Positions 1-12,072 of a DNA stretch of 64,000 nucleotides are shown here, piece by piece. A model generated the notes under the pieces. It was not told the origin of the DNA. It searched no databases and worked only from the letters and a program-made list of their open reading frames with translations. The first letter of the stretch is position 1; each line of letters begins with the position of its first letter. The DNA is from Octopus vulgaris (lineage: Eukaryota): positions 115,754,001-115,818,000 of the forward strand of contig OX597816.1 of the NCBI GenBank assembly GCA_951406725.2, written 5' to 3'. Position numbers and translations under genes: made by a program.

Positions 1-258
1 TTATACACTTGTGTTAAACACATACACTTGCCCTGTCAGCTTAATATTTAGAAATTTCTAGAAAGGTGGAACGGGACATTTTAATTCTCCTACTTTATGG
101 AGATAAAGGAAAAATTGAAAACCAATAGAAAATAAAAGCAATGATACTATTTAAAAGAATGAAATACAAGCCAAAAGTAACAAAAATATTTAAAAAATGG
201 AAATCACGTAACAATAATATCAACAAGAACAACTACAAAACACCAACATTAATACTAT

Positions 259-287
259 TAGTGATAATAATAATAATAATGATAATA

Positions 288-319
<32 letters not shown>

Positions 320-326
320 AATAATA

Positions 327-392
<66 letters not shown>

Positions 393-403
393 TAATAATA
401 ATG
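259..403. repeat. (ATA)n/(ATG)n trinucleotide microsatellite
   Basis: Read directly; explains the poly-I/M/L/Y/H ORFs at 141-464. Confidence 0.95.
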
Positions 404-1269
404 AATAAAAATAAAGATTAATATATTTTATACATTTAAGAAATGATCTTTGGTGTCTCTTCATAATCCAAACCGAGGTATTTACAAATTTTAAAAATTT
501 TCTAGTTTCTTTCTAAAGCCCAGATGCCAAACAAATTTTTAAATCCCGAAACCATTCTGTAATCTGACTTTGGAATCTTTAGTGTTTTCTCTTTCTCCCT
601 TCATTTCTTTCTCTTCCTCCCCGCTCTCTCTCTCTTGAATTAATCTTCCGTAAGTCTGTCTTTCTATTTTCCTCGGTGTTCTTCTTTGCCTGTCTTTCTA
701 TCTATCTCATATTGTTAGAATAATTCAAGTGTAAAACTTTCTCTAAGGCATATCAGGTGCTATTAGCTTTAATCTCTCAACTTTTGGTCTTAATCCTCTC
801 ACTTCTGCTCTCTCGGCCATGCCTTCCAAATTCAGCAACTACGCTAGAAGTTTCTATTGGATAATCTCTGTGTGTTGCCGTTGTCATAAAACTCAATGAT
901 GCCACTTTTTTTTATTTTATTTACTTTAAATGCTTGGTATTAAGCATTTGTTTCTTTGTTTTATGGAGGAGGGTGATATTTCTTTGCCATTGTTGTTTTG
1001 AATTATTTGTAAATCCTTCCATTTGCAGAGTTACATGCTACAAACTTGAAAGTTCCAAATGTTCTTTATGCAGTCAACTACTCCCACCGTCACCACTTCC
1101 CCAATCTCCGCTTCAAATAGCCATCCTTGCAGAATAACAATGATGTTACAAGAAATAGATGGATAAATAATATTGGCTTTCAGATAAATATGAGTTACTT
1201 ATGTACTGTTTCTATTGGTTAACTATAATTAATAGGATACTATGGTGCACTCATCAATCAACAATACTA

Positions 1270-1920
1270 GTTCACCGACAATAATTCACCAACGGCAATT
1301 TACTGATTTATGATTCCCAAATAACCAAATTCACCTACAAGCAATTAACTAGTTTACATATTCAACTAGTGCGAATTATTGATTTACATCGTCATTTTAA
1401 TATGTTTCTAAAAAATAAATACTTATTGCCTCTGAAAATTAATTTTAAAATATTAAAACATTAAACATAGGAATCTATGGAAAGATTTCTAGCACAAGAT
1501 AATATGAACTAAACCCCTTAAGGAAGAGACAGGCTAGTTAGTTTCTATTCACACAAACCATTTTACCCAGCTTTGCGATGCATAGTCTTTTTGGTTGGTT
1601 CGTTCATATATATGGAATTGGGTACTATTGCTGTAAATACCAAACGAAATATATTTAGCCAGTTTATTTTTTAAGTATAGTCGCTGTATTTTTATATCGG
1701 GAAAAGTGTCTCTTGGCCCATGATTCAAAAACTTGGAGTATGATATTTAAAAGACTTATTACAAAATCAAATGTTCAAACAGCAACAAAAATTCAAGCTT
1801 TTAAGTTTGTTTTGTTTATATGGACCTAATTATCTTCAATGTTTGTCTTAATTAGCAAATTACTTGTAAGTGAATCTGCTAGTCAATAAACTGTTGGTCA
1901 CTCAGTTATCGTTAGGGTAT
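1270..1920. mobile_element. Possible old MITE with degenerate terminal inverted repeats
   Basis: ATTCACCTACAAGCAATT (1329-1346) is the reverse complement of AATTACTTGTAAGTGAAT (1858-1875) at 16/18; weaker similarity extends outward. Ends uncertain. Confidence 0.35.
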
Positions 1921-2589
1921 TGCTGTGAAAATAAAGATATTTTAGTCAAAAGTTAGCGAACTAACGGACATTAAAAACGATGTTTCAATGACAAATAATT
2001 TTGTAGGCAATAATGATTTCTCACAGTAAAAAAAAAGAAATGTTTCAAATATGCAGGGTAGGGCAATTTGAGACTGGACTGTACTTGTGCTTTAATAAAA
2101 CTATCACAACAAACCACACCAAGCAGAAAATTCAACAAACAATTTCAGAAACTGCTCGATAAAAAATATTCTTATTTAGTTTTTGTAGCTATATTCCCAA
2201 AGAAATTATCAAAATATTCTAGTCTTGAGCGGAAGAACAATATTTACAAACAGTAGTACATAAATATGTAGAAATGGACACCGTTTAGTCACTTAACCGG
2301 TAAACCTAGAATAAAATGAAACAAATTTAAAACACACCCTTTGATAAGATATGAGGAAAATAAGGACTACGTCAAAAAAAAAAAAAACAATGACAAAGAG
2401 AGACAATAACAGCCAGTCAGAAATGCAAAACGCAACCCAGTGAAGAAACACAAGCCTGAAGCCAAATCTACACCAGCGAAAATAAATAAGCTCGAAACCG
2501 AGTTCTACTAATTCTTACTCGGAGATAATTGTGACATCAAAGGAGGAAAAAAAAAAAATTTTGATAATATTAAAAACTGGTATATTAAT

Positions 2590-3157
2590 GCGGCGAGCTG
2601 GCTGAAACGTTAGCACGTCGGGCGAATTGCCTAACCCTATTTCGTCTGCCGTTACGTTCTGAGTTCAAATTCCGCCGAGGTCGACTTTACCTTTCATCAT
2701 TTCGGGGTCGATAAATTAAGTACCAGTTACGCACTTGGGTCAATGTAATTGACTTAACCGTTTGTCTGTCCTTGTTTGTCCCCTCTGTGTTTAGCCTCTT
2801 GTGGGTAGTAAAGAAATAGGTATTTAGTCTGCCGCTACATTCTGAGTTCAAATTCCGCCGAGGTCGACTTCGTCTTTCATCGTTTCGGTGTCGATTAAAT
2901 TAAGTACCAGTTACGCACTGGAGTCGATATAATTGACTTAATCTCTTTGTCTGTCCTTGTTCGTCCTCTCTGTGTTTAGTCCCTTGTGGGTAGTAAAGAA
3001 ATAGGTATTTCGTGTGTCTTTACGTTCTGAGTTCAAATCCTACCGAGGTCGACTTTGCCTTTCGGGGTCGATAAGTTAATTACCAGTTACATTCTTGGGG
3101 TTGATCTAATCAACTGGCCCCCTATCCCCCAAATTTCGGGCCTAGAGTAGAAAAGGA
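2590..3157 (+). mobile_element. tRNA-derived SINE multimer (head plus three core units of about 184 bp)
   Basis: A-box-like GAGCTGGCTGAAACG, B-box GAGTTCAAATTCC and a central GTCGACTTTGCCTTTCATC..GGGTCGATAAATTAAGTACCAG domain (Meta/Sauria-like by recollection) repeated three times. Confidence 0.85.
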
Positions 3158-3242
3158 TATGACATACTCGTTTATTCTATAGCATGTATCGAGCACTTCA
3201 CTCTCATTCATTTCACATAATTCAACCATATGTATATATATA

Positions 3243-3605
3243 TCATCATCATCATTATTATTTAACGTCCGTTGTCCATGCTGGAATGGGATGGACCGTT
3301 TGACTGGGCTGGCACGCTGGAAGGCTGTGCCAGCATCCAATCTGATTTGACATGATGGATGCCCTTCCTAACGCCAACAACTCTGAGAGTTGTATGGGTG
3401 CTTTTACGAGCTACCGGCACGAGTGCCATTTGTATGACACTGGTATCTGCCATGACTGTGATTTTGCCCGGCCTGATGGGTCTTCTTCTCAAGCACGACA
3501 TAATGCCACAGGTCTTGGTCATTGCCTCCGTGAGGCCCAATACTCGAATGGAGCTCGGTCACTTTGCCTAGATGAGACCCAACGCTCGAACGGAACTCAA
3601 CCACC
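3243..3605 (-). mobile_element. RTE-related SINE/LINE 3' end with (GAT)n tail
   Basis: Minus strand ends ..CCAGCATGGACAACGGACGTTAAA then (TAA/TGA)n; carries the GGATGCCCTTCCTAACGCCAAC motif; a similar tail is on the + strand at about 50985-51045. Confidence 0.6.
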
Positions 3606-3731
3606 ATATATATATATGAGAGTTTTGTAGATCGTTGGGAGCATTATGTATTGTTTGTGAAATATAACGTGTCTTAAATGGCACAAGAATGCAGAGTTGA
3701 CTATGATAACTGTTATAATTTAATTATTTAT

Positions 3732-3778
3732 TGTCTAATATAATATTTCGGAATATAAAAATTCCGTCTTCAGACATT
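3732..3778 (-). ncRNA. Degenerate type-I hammerhead ribozyme motif
   Basis: Minus strand: CUGAAGA-C-GGAAU(UUUUAU)AUUCC-GAAA-UA(UUA)UAU-U. Core and stems II/III are present; stem I is imperfect. Confidence 0.5.
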
Positions 3779-3921
3779 GCTGGGAATTGATCGAGTCACT
3801 GCTATAACCGGTTTTCCAACGGTTACTGCAATTTCTTTTCGGGTACGTCTCAGCAGTGGTCTCACGAAGCTCTTCTGGAATTCCTCATGAGAAGTGCACA
3901 GCAGTGCTGCTTATATACATT

Positions 3922-3975
3922 TATACATACATACATACATACATACATACATACATACATACATACATACATACA

Positions 3976-4045
<70 letters not shown>
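3922..4045. repeat. (TACA)n(TA)n microsatellite
   Basis: Read directly; abuts the Tc1 left TIR. Confidence 0.95.
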
Positions 4046-4048
<3 letters not shown>

Positions 4049-5636
4049 TGGCGGCCAAAATGTTCAGAACGGCATTGTTTTCGTCAGAAAAGTAGATATA
4101 ATTTTTTATCAAAGTTGTTTTGTATTCTATAATTTTCATAGACAATAAATACGATATTATTTGTTATTGCCTGAGATTTTGGTGTAATTTGAGAGGAGAA
4201 TACAAAAGTTATGGATGATTTAGTGATTTACTGCAAAACCCATGGCGGCCAAAATGATCAGAACGGTTGCTTTTACTTCGTGTTTTAGCATATTTAACTG
4301 ACGAACTTTAATGATTTGAATTTGTTTACGTGACGGTTCGTTTACTAAACATTAGTAAGAATATTTGCAGTGTACTTTGTTAATATAATGTCACTTACTC
4401 CGTTACCAATTCGTTAAGCTTCGAAGGAAGGATAATTTAAGTATTGGATCTATTGCAAAGACTGTTAACAAGTCAAAAAGTGTTGTACACGGTATTCTTA
4501 AGGTCTACGATGATTGTGGTTCGTGTGAAGCAAGAAAGTTTACAGGTAGGCCAAGAAAAACGACCAAGAGAGAAGATCGTGCTATGGTAAAGTTGGTTAA
4601 AAAGGACAGATTTAAAACTGCTGCTGCTGTTTCTCGGAAAATGAGCATTGTATTGAAGAAAACTTTATCTCGAAAAACTGTGTCTCGTCGTTTAGTTGAA
4701 CATGACCTACAAGCAAGAGCACCTGCAGTGAAGCCACTGATCAGCTCCAAGAATAAAAAGTGTCGTCTTACCTTTGCAACCGAACATGTGTTGTGGTCTC
4801 AAGAAAAATGGCAAACGGTGCATTTCAGTGATGAATCTAAGTTTATGTTATTTGGCTCAGAATAAGTGGGTGAAAAATTGTCGCCTAAATGCCTTAAGAC
4901 TAGTGTTAAATTCGGTGGAGGAAGTGTCATGGTTTGGAGGATGATATCTGGAGATGGTGTGGGCCCTTTGGTGCGTTTACATGGAAAGGTAAATGCAGGA
5001 GTTTATAAACAACTTGTAAAAGATCATGTCTTGCCTGTGCTGAGAAATTCAACTAAGCGACCACCCATATTCATGCAAGACAATGCCCCATGTCACAAGG
5101 CTAAGGTGGTCATGAACTTCCTCAATGCTGAAAAGGTTATTGTTATGGATTGGCCAGCTCAAAGCCCAGATCTCAATCCAATTGAAAATGTATGGAATAT
5201 TCTAGAACGTTCGAAAGCCAGAAATCCTAAAACAACTGAGGAATTACGGAATGCCCTTCAGGAAGAATGGAATAAGATCACCCAGCAAGAAATTGAAAAT
5301 TTAATTTCCTCATGAAGTCGAAGATGTCAGAGTGTGATTGAAGCTAAAGGGTTTCACACTAAATATTAAATAATTCCAGTATTCTCTGTCATTTTTGATT
5401 ATTTTGTTATTTTTTCAACCGTTCTGATCATTTTGGCCGCCATGGGTTTTGCAGTAAATCACTAAATCATCCATAACTTTTGTATTCTCCTCTCAAATTA
5501 CACCAAAATCTCAGACAATAACAATTAATATTGTATTTATTATCTATGAAAATTATAGAATATAAAACTACTTTGCTAAAAACTTATACTTACTTTTCAG
5601 ACGAAAACAATGCCGTTCTGAACATTTTGGCCGCAA

Positions 5637-5639
<3 letters not shown>
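4046..5639 (+). mobile_element. Tc1-family DNA transposon, full length (1594 bp), inactive
   Basis: TA-flanked; about 220-bp TIRs (CAGTGGCGGCCAAAATGTTCAGAACGG.. / ..CCGTTCTGAACATTTTGGCCGCAACTG); internal transposase. Confidence 0.95.
4430..5369 (+). pseudogene. Tc1 DD34E transposase pseudogene
   Basis: GRPRKTT linker, FSDESKF, GGGSVMVW, FMQDNAPCH-(34 aa spacing)-SPDLNPIENVW, C-terminal HTKY*. Broken by stops and a deletion near 4863, and a stop near 5313. Confidence 0.92.
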
Positions 5640-5698
<59 letters not shown>

Positions 5699-5705
5699 TA
5701 TATAC

Positions 5706-5772
<67 letters not shown>

Positions 5773-5800
5773 TATACATACATATATATATGCATATATA
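5640..5800. repeat. (TA)n microsatellite
   Basis: Read directly. Confidence 0.95.
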
Positions 5801-6283
5801 TAAGACTTAGTGGAAGTGAATGCCGCATGTAATATTTACTTCCACTAAGTCTTAGCATTTGCTTTCGGCGGGGAATTTGTAACTACAACCCTGAATGTAA
5901 TTGATCAGACCACATGGGTAATCGTCGCCTGTGAGTGTCTGATAAATTGCATCGACAAATGTTGCTGATGATTCATAGACAATTATGTGTGTATAATTTG
6001 CATATTTTGTTGATGAAGAAACAATTGTACAACATTAATCCAGTTTTTAGTTGTATTTCAATTTCATTACGTTGAGGGTAGTGCTATTTCTATGTGGAAT
6101 TATCGTTGGCGACTATACCGGTGGAGCTATTTCTAGCACTAGAGTTAACATATTCAAAGTTAACTCTCTTATATTTACGGATAAATATGTATTTGTCTCC
6201 CTGGTTTATTGTGCTAGGTCGCTTGGTGTTAAAATAAGGGTATTATTGAATTAATATCTAATTTTTTTGACCCTCATTATTGA

Positions 6284-6285
<2 letters not shown>
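5801..6285 (+). mobile_element. Non-coding hammerhead-bearing element, probably a Penelope-like pLTR derivative
   Basis: Unique segment between two (TA)n tracts; starts with a 21-bp inverted repeat (5801-5854) and contains a complete hammerhead. Confidence 0.55.
5958..6036 (+). ncRNA. Type-I hammerhead ribozyme, apparently intact
   Basis: Stem I AAUGUUG/CAACAUU (7 bp), core CUGAUGA (5965-5971), stem II UUCAU..AUGAA, GAAA (6018-6021), palindromic stem III ACAAUUGU, cleavage triplet GUA (cut after 6029). Confidence 0.8.
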
Positions 6286-6320
<35 letters not shown>

Positions 6321-8834
6321 GGACATAGCCTGCTGGAATCGAAACTCGTGACTTTTGCCAAATTAGGTCTTTACGTAATATCCAAAGATTCTTCATACCA
6401 ACGGACTGTCAATGTGGATCCCTGTCCACACATACGAACACACACACACATATATATATAATGCATGTAGTATATGGTGCGGAGATGTTTCATACGCTAT
6501 ATACGTAATTACACTGCACACCTACTTGCCCAAACATACAGATACGCGCACGCACACACACATGCACGCACGTACGCAAGCACGTATATATATATGTCTT
6601 TATGTGTCTCTAAGAGTATTTATGTGTGCGTGTCTGTATATATATATATACATTTACTTATATGACTGAGTGTGTGTACATGTGTGCGTGTGTTGCTGTG
6701 TGTATGTATTTAAATACATCTCTGTATATTTATATATTTGTTTGTGTGCGTGTGTGTATAGAATGAGAGAGAGATAGCTTCACAGTGACACTGGCTTTCC
6801 ATTCAGCTCATTTAATTTAATTCATTATAGAAAAATGGACCATTTTTTAAACATTTTTATACTTCAAACCAAGCTTTAAAGCAGGTGGTGAGGATGCCAA
6901 AAATATCCCATCCATGTGTCTGATTATTCCTAACAATAAATGGAGGAATTATGTGCAAGCTTCCCCTGGTGAAATTCCCTTGCCGTATTTTCACTGACAT
7001 TTCAACAACTAAAAATATCTTCAAAGAAATATATCAATAGAAATTTTACGATATAAAAACTCATGAAATTATATAGTTAGCTTTCTTATATTTGTAATTT
7101 TCTTGATTAGATATTTTCGTTTGATGTTTTTTAATTCTGAAAAAAAAATTATATTTGCTAAAATAAAAATACAGAGCAAAATTACATATTCAAAATTATT
7201 TTCAATCTTCGTGCAAAAGAGTATCGTAATTAGGAAAGAGAAGGAGTGAGAGCGTTGAAGTGTCAAGATCAAATAACATTAGCACCAGAACTTATTGGAT
7301 AATAAAGTAATGGGTTTGAAAGCTTTCGTCACTGAGCAGATATATTATTTCTAGAGATTGACAGAAGAAAAGCTGTAGACTGACCGTCGTATATTTTATG
7401 ATAAAATTCCACAATTTGAATGCATTAAAAAAGAGGGTAAATTATTTGAAACCTTGCAAGACACTATCTCCGGATCCTTGAAACTAGGAAGTCTTGATAT
7501 CAACTAATGTTACATCTAGTTTCTAACTTTGTAAGTTAAGAACTACATTGTCCAGGGTATGCCTTTTTTATATAAGACAGTAAGTACTGACTTGAGAGAG
7601 ATTTAACTGCTACCTGTAGCCGAGGAAGAGTTACGTAAGAAAGTAAAGTACATAGATATTTGTCAGTTTCGACGATGAGAAACTACCTACGTGTTGAATT
7701 TGCGTGGAAGTGGCCGGGAATACCACAACCTTGTACACCATTAACATAATTATCAGGAATAACGAACGTGCCACACTGTGTGACAAGGTTGGGCTTGTGA
7801 CTTGCAAGTGGAATACTATCAAGAAAAAATAGATGTTTCTTGATGACGGTGCTTTAGTTCAAACGATAAAAACAGCGTCTTCAACTTTTCTACAGCAATA
7901 AGTCAATTGCAGATTGTATCATTATGTTTGTAAAATTTTAATTTGTTAGATCTTTTGGAAATATATTGAACCACTGACCCAGAATCTGTCTTCAGCTGCA
8001 TGTGTATATGTCCGTAACAGATGAAACAGAAACAAATGAAACCACTGTAGCTCTGCATCGACAAGAAATAATCCAGTGGGATGAAGTAATACAAATATAC
8101 GTCAAAGTAAATACCTTTAGCATAATGTAGTTCTAGATGTGTTATTTTTTTAAAAAATAATAAATAGGGAAATAAGGTTGGAGAACCTGTGGTGATAGGC
8201 TTACTTAATTAACACTGACCTGGAACTAAACAACAACAGTGGCAACGACACATCATCTTATAAGCATCGCAATAGAAATAGCTTCAGAACAAAGATTGTT
8301 GAATATAAATTAAACCACTAGTGAGTTAACTCCATGAAGCTGTTTTCTTTCCCGGATGGAAAATATAGTTATTTCACTGCGCATAATAATCATAGGAAAG
8401 ACACCGATCTCAGAATTTATTGTTTAACATTCCCTAAATATAAGATTTAGAAGCGTGATAAAAGTAATCAATATTAGCATAATTAAAATACTTGTTCTTT
8501 TACATTTGCCTTCCCGTTGTACAGCAAAACCACAAGCAATAATGTGCCTGGAATATAGAAATGGAAGATAACTGAAAAATGATAATTGAAAATTGGTAGA
8601 ATTCTGTTTCAGAACAAAAGATTCTTAATATGTTGTTCGGTCATGTTTTTCTTATGTTGCATTTTTTAGCAAGTCTTTAGCTTTGTTTTTAATTTTAGCA
8701 TTGTTTTCACTAGTTTTCTTTTTGTATTGTTTTTTTTTCTGGTGTCAAAACTAAAATATGCTCAATTTTTGGAAGAATTTTTATGTTTAAACGAGTTACA
8801 TCAATAATAATCTAAACACACACAAATGTTTCTA

Positions 8835-9046
<212 letters not shown>

Positions 9047-9297
9047 GAAGGCTTGGACTTATACTCAAGAACGTATACAAGGTTAAATGCTTCTGTACAT
9101 ACAGACACAAAAACAGGGAAAAACACAAAATATATACAGTCACAAGTAAAAACATACACAATTACACAGATACACACACATATATATAGGTGAAGGTATA
9201 CTGGAATGCACGCATACACACATATACACACATACACAGGCGTATATATACGTATTGAGATATATATGTATATATATATATATATTTATATATAGAA

Positions 9298-9336
<39 letters not shown>

Positions 9337-9378
9337 AACAGGAAGAAAGAGGAAAATACAGTGGGAAAATGCATATAT

Positions 9379-9419
<41 letters not shown>

Positions 9420-10369
9420 TTCTGATGTCTTTTCTTTTAACACCTTTTACTGAAATATGAAGGTTCTTCAATACATTCTTTAGTTGTGCTCAAAGCTGCA
9501 AATCTAGAATTCTTCATCTCACAGGATGTATCATTCTCCACATACAATGGATTTCATGTGAAATGTGTTGAAATTGCAGTTTTTCTTTTAAAAACAGATA
9601 ATATGATTCTCCACAAATATTGTCTGGCAGAAAAAAAAATGCAACAAATTATTAGCTTTTAAGTTTTGGAAAAATATGCCAATGAGTTAGTTTTTGTTCT
9701 CAAATATTTGACTGAAGTTCTTGATAGAATCACAAAGAAGGTCTAAGGCTAAACAATAAAACTGATAAAATAATAATGGTTTCTTATGTAGCAGTTTTTA
9801 GTTCTGGAAATTAATCGAGACTGCTGATTCCAAAATCTAACTGGTACTTTACTTTATCGAAGTATCATGGGTGAAATACAAAGTTGGCCTCGGGGAGATT
9901 TGAACTGTAAATCGTTCGTAATTGACGTATGTTGTGTCGGCTTCCAAAGGTTTGTTAACTTTCGTTGACAACAATTTTTTTCCTATTGTGAAATCTTCTT
10001 AAAACTTTGAGTAAGGAAGAGTACCTTACTGCGTGAACAAGAGGACTACCAAAATGTACCCCACAGGACACATTTTTCTTAATTTCATGGGTTACTGCTT
10101 GTTTCATTTTTCCCTGCTAGAATTATGGAATCATTAACAACTACGCTCGATTTCAGTAATGAGGTAGCGTGAGTAATGACTCATACCCTTGCCAATCTTA
10201 TTAGCACACTTCCCATTTTTTTCTCATACAACAGCTATCCAGGATAAGAGTAAGAAAAATAATGCTAGACCCTGTTGGTTACGACAACGAATATTTCAGT
10301 TTATCCGATAAACGGAACAGCTTGCTCGTGAAATTAACGTGCAATGACTGAACACTCCACAAACCAGGA

Positions 10370-10790
10370 TTTCCGATACATTCACCTTAGCACCCATTTA
10401 TGGTGACTTTGAGATATTTACATCTCTTTGTCGGTGGGATGGCGGTGTTGTTTTGGAAAGGATCCGGATTGTAAGGTGGCACTCCTGAAACACTAAGGAA
10501 CGTCGTTCCTTTAAACTAGTCACCGTGTGTGCCCAGAGGATCACAAACCAGTCAGATTTCTTCAGTCATCTAAAGTTTTTCTGAGAACGGCATGCACTTC
10601 AGGGCTAGTGGGCGATTGGAACTCCATCTTGGATGCACATCTGGATTGTGATGACTGATTGAGGAGGGGATGTAAAGGCCTCACAAGCTTACTCAGATTA
10701 TCCTAGAGATTGTGCCGATCTAGTTGCTGAATACCAGAACTTGAAGACATTGTAGTGGATTACATGTTAACAATAGGAGCAACCTGATAT
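10370..10790 (+). mobile_element. L1/Tx1-like LINE apurinic endonuclease fragment
   Basis: Frameshifted translation GGMAVLFWK..LVTVCA..SDFFSHL..LVGDWNSILDAHLD matches the APE GVAIL/VYAP/GDFN motifs. Confidence 0.6.
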
Positions 10791-11879
10791 TAATATGTGT
10801 GTGTGAGAGTGTGTGAGTGTGCATATGTATATGTGACAGAATATATTGACGTATAAATAAAACGCTTTGTGAAGACGAGTTAAAATTTTATAAAGTTATT
10901 AACTTGTTTATTTAGTCTGAAGTCTCTAGCATGTAGAGTTGTAGTCTTATCTCGGATAGATAAATATTTATAGTTTAATTTGAAAGAGAATACCCATCAG
11001 TACATTCTCAAATAGTTGCACATTTGCACTAAGAATAAAGAAAACCCATACACCTGAGGTGAAAACCGCTACGTATTTTATTTCACAATAGCTTTCAACT
11101 TGCATCGAGCATATTTCGGACTTACTCATTGGCTATAATGCCTTGGTGTATTTGTTCCGATTCTTTGCACTCTGACAAAAAACATATGTATCAAGATTTG
11201 TATGGGGCTGCATTAGTCTTAATATGGTTACTATCCCCTTGGGTAACACCGGTGACGTGTAAAGATGAAACTTCCACACATGGGGAAAATGCCAGTCTAC
11301 CTCAAAAAGAGAAAAAAAATATTTGCCTCGATTTGCGCATACTGGTGTAGCTGTGTAGTGAGAATTGTGCAATGGAGGCCCGAAATAAGTTCTTGGATTG
11401 ATGGCAGCTAGGTCAAGTAAACTCATTCAATATACGCCCACCAATATAGGAAGAAAGAAATCGGAAGTAATAACATCTAAAATGGCAACTTTTCCCATCA
11501 GCCTGTATATTCAACTCCATCGACGCCGTAAAGAAAATTTTCTAATTGCTTTGCGAGAAATATTAGCCAGATTCCTTTTATTGTCTAAAAACATGTGTAG
11601 AGACATTTGATAATTTATTTACAGGTATCTGAAATACTTTTGATCATAGGTCTTCTATGCCAAGATTGCCCACAATTCATACGTCAGGGTTTCACGTAAT
11701 TAATATAGTGAGTCAAAAAAAATCTTCGAATAACTGAGATTATCTATGCAATTAGACGTAAACAGTTCTGAGGTATTTGATCTCAAAATGTAGAAATATG
11801 TAACGAAATATCGCAAGGCATCTACTTTGTTATTCTGCAATTTCTGACAATTCACTGCCCAACAATAAAAACAACTATC

Positions 11880-11975
11880 AGAGCAGCAGCAACAATAACG
11901 GCAGCAATGATGATGATGACGACGACGACGGCGATGATGATGATAATGATAATAATAATAATGATAATAATGATG

Positions 11976-12048
<73 letters not shown>

Positions 12049-12072
12049 TGATGATAATAATAATAATAATAG
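11880..12072. repeat. Compound (GCA)/(GAT)/(GAC)/(AAT) microsatellite
   Basis: Read directly. Confidence 0.95.

Noticed and set aside
6319-6430. GAAACTCGTGACTTTTGCC resembling a hammerhead 3' half
   Set aside because: No CUGANGA core upstream.
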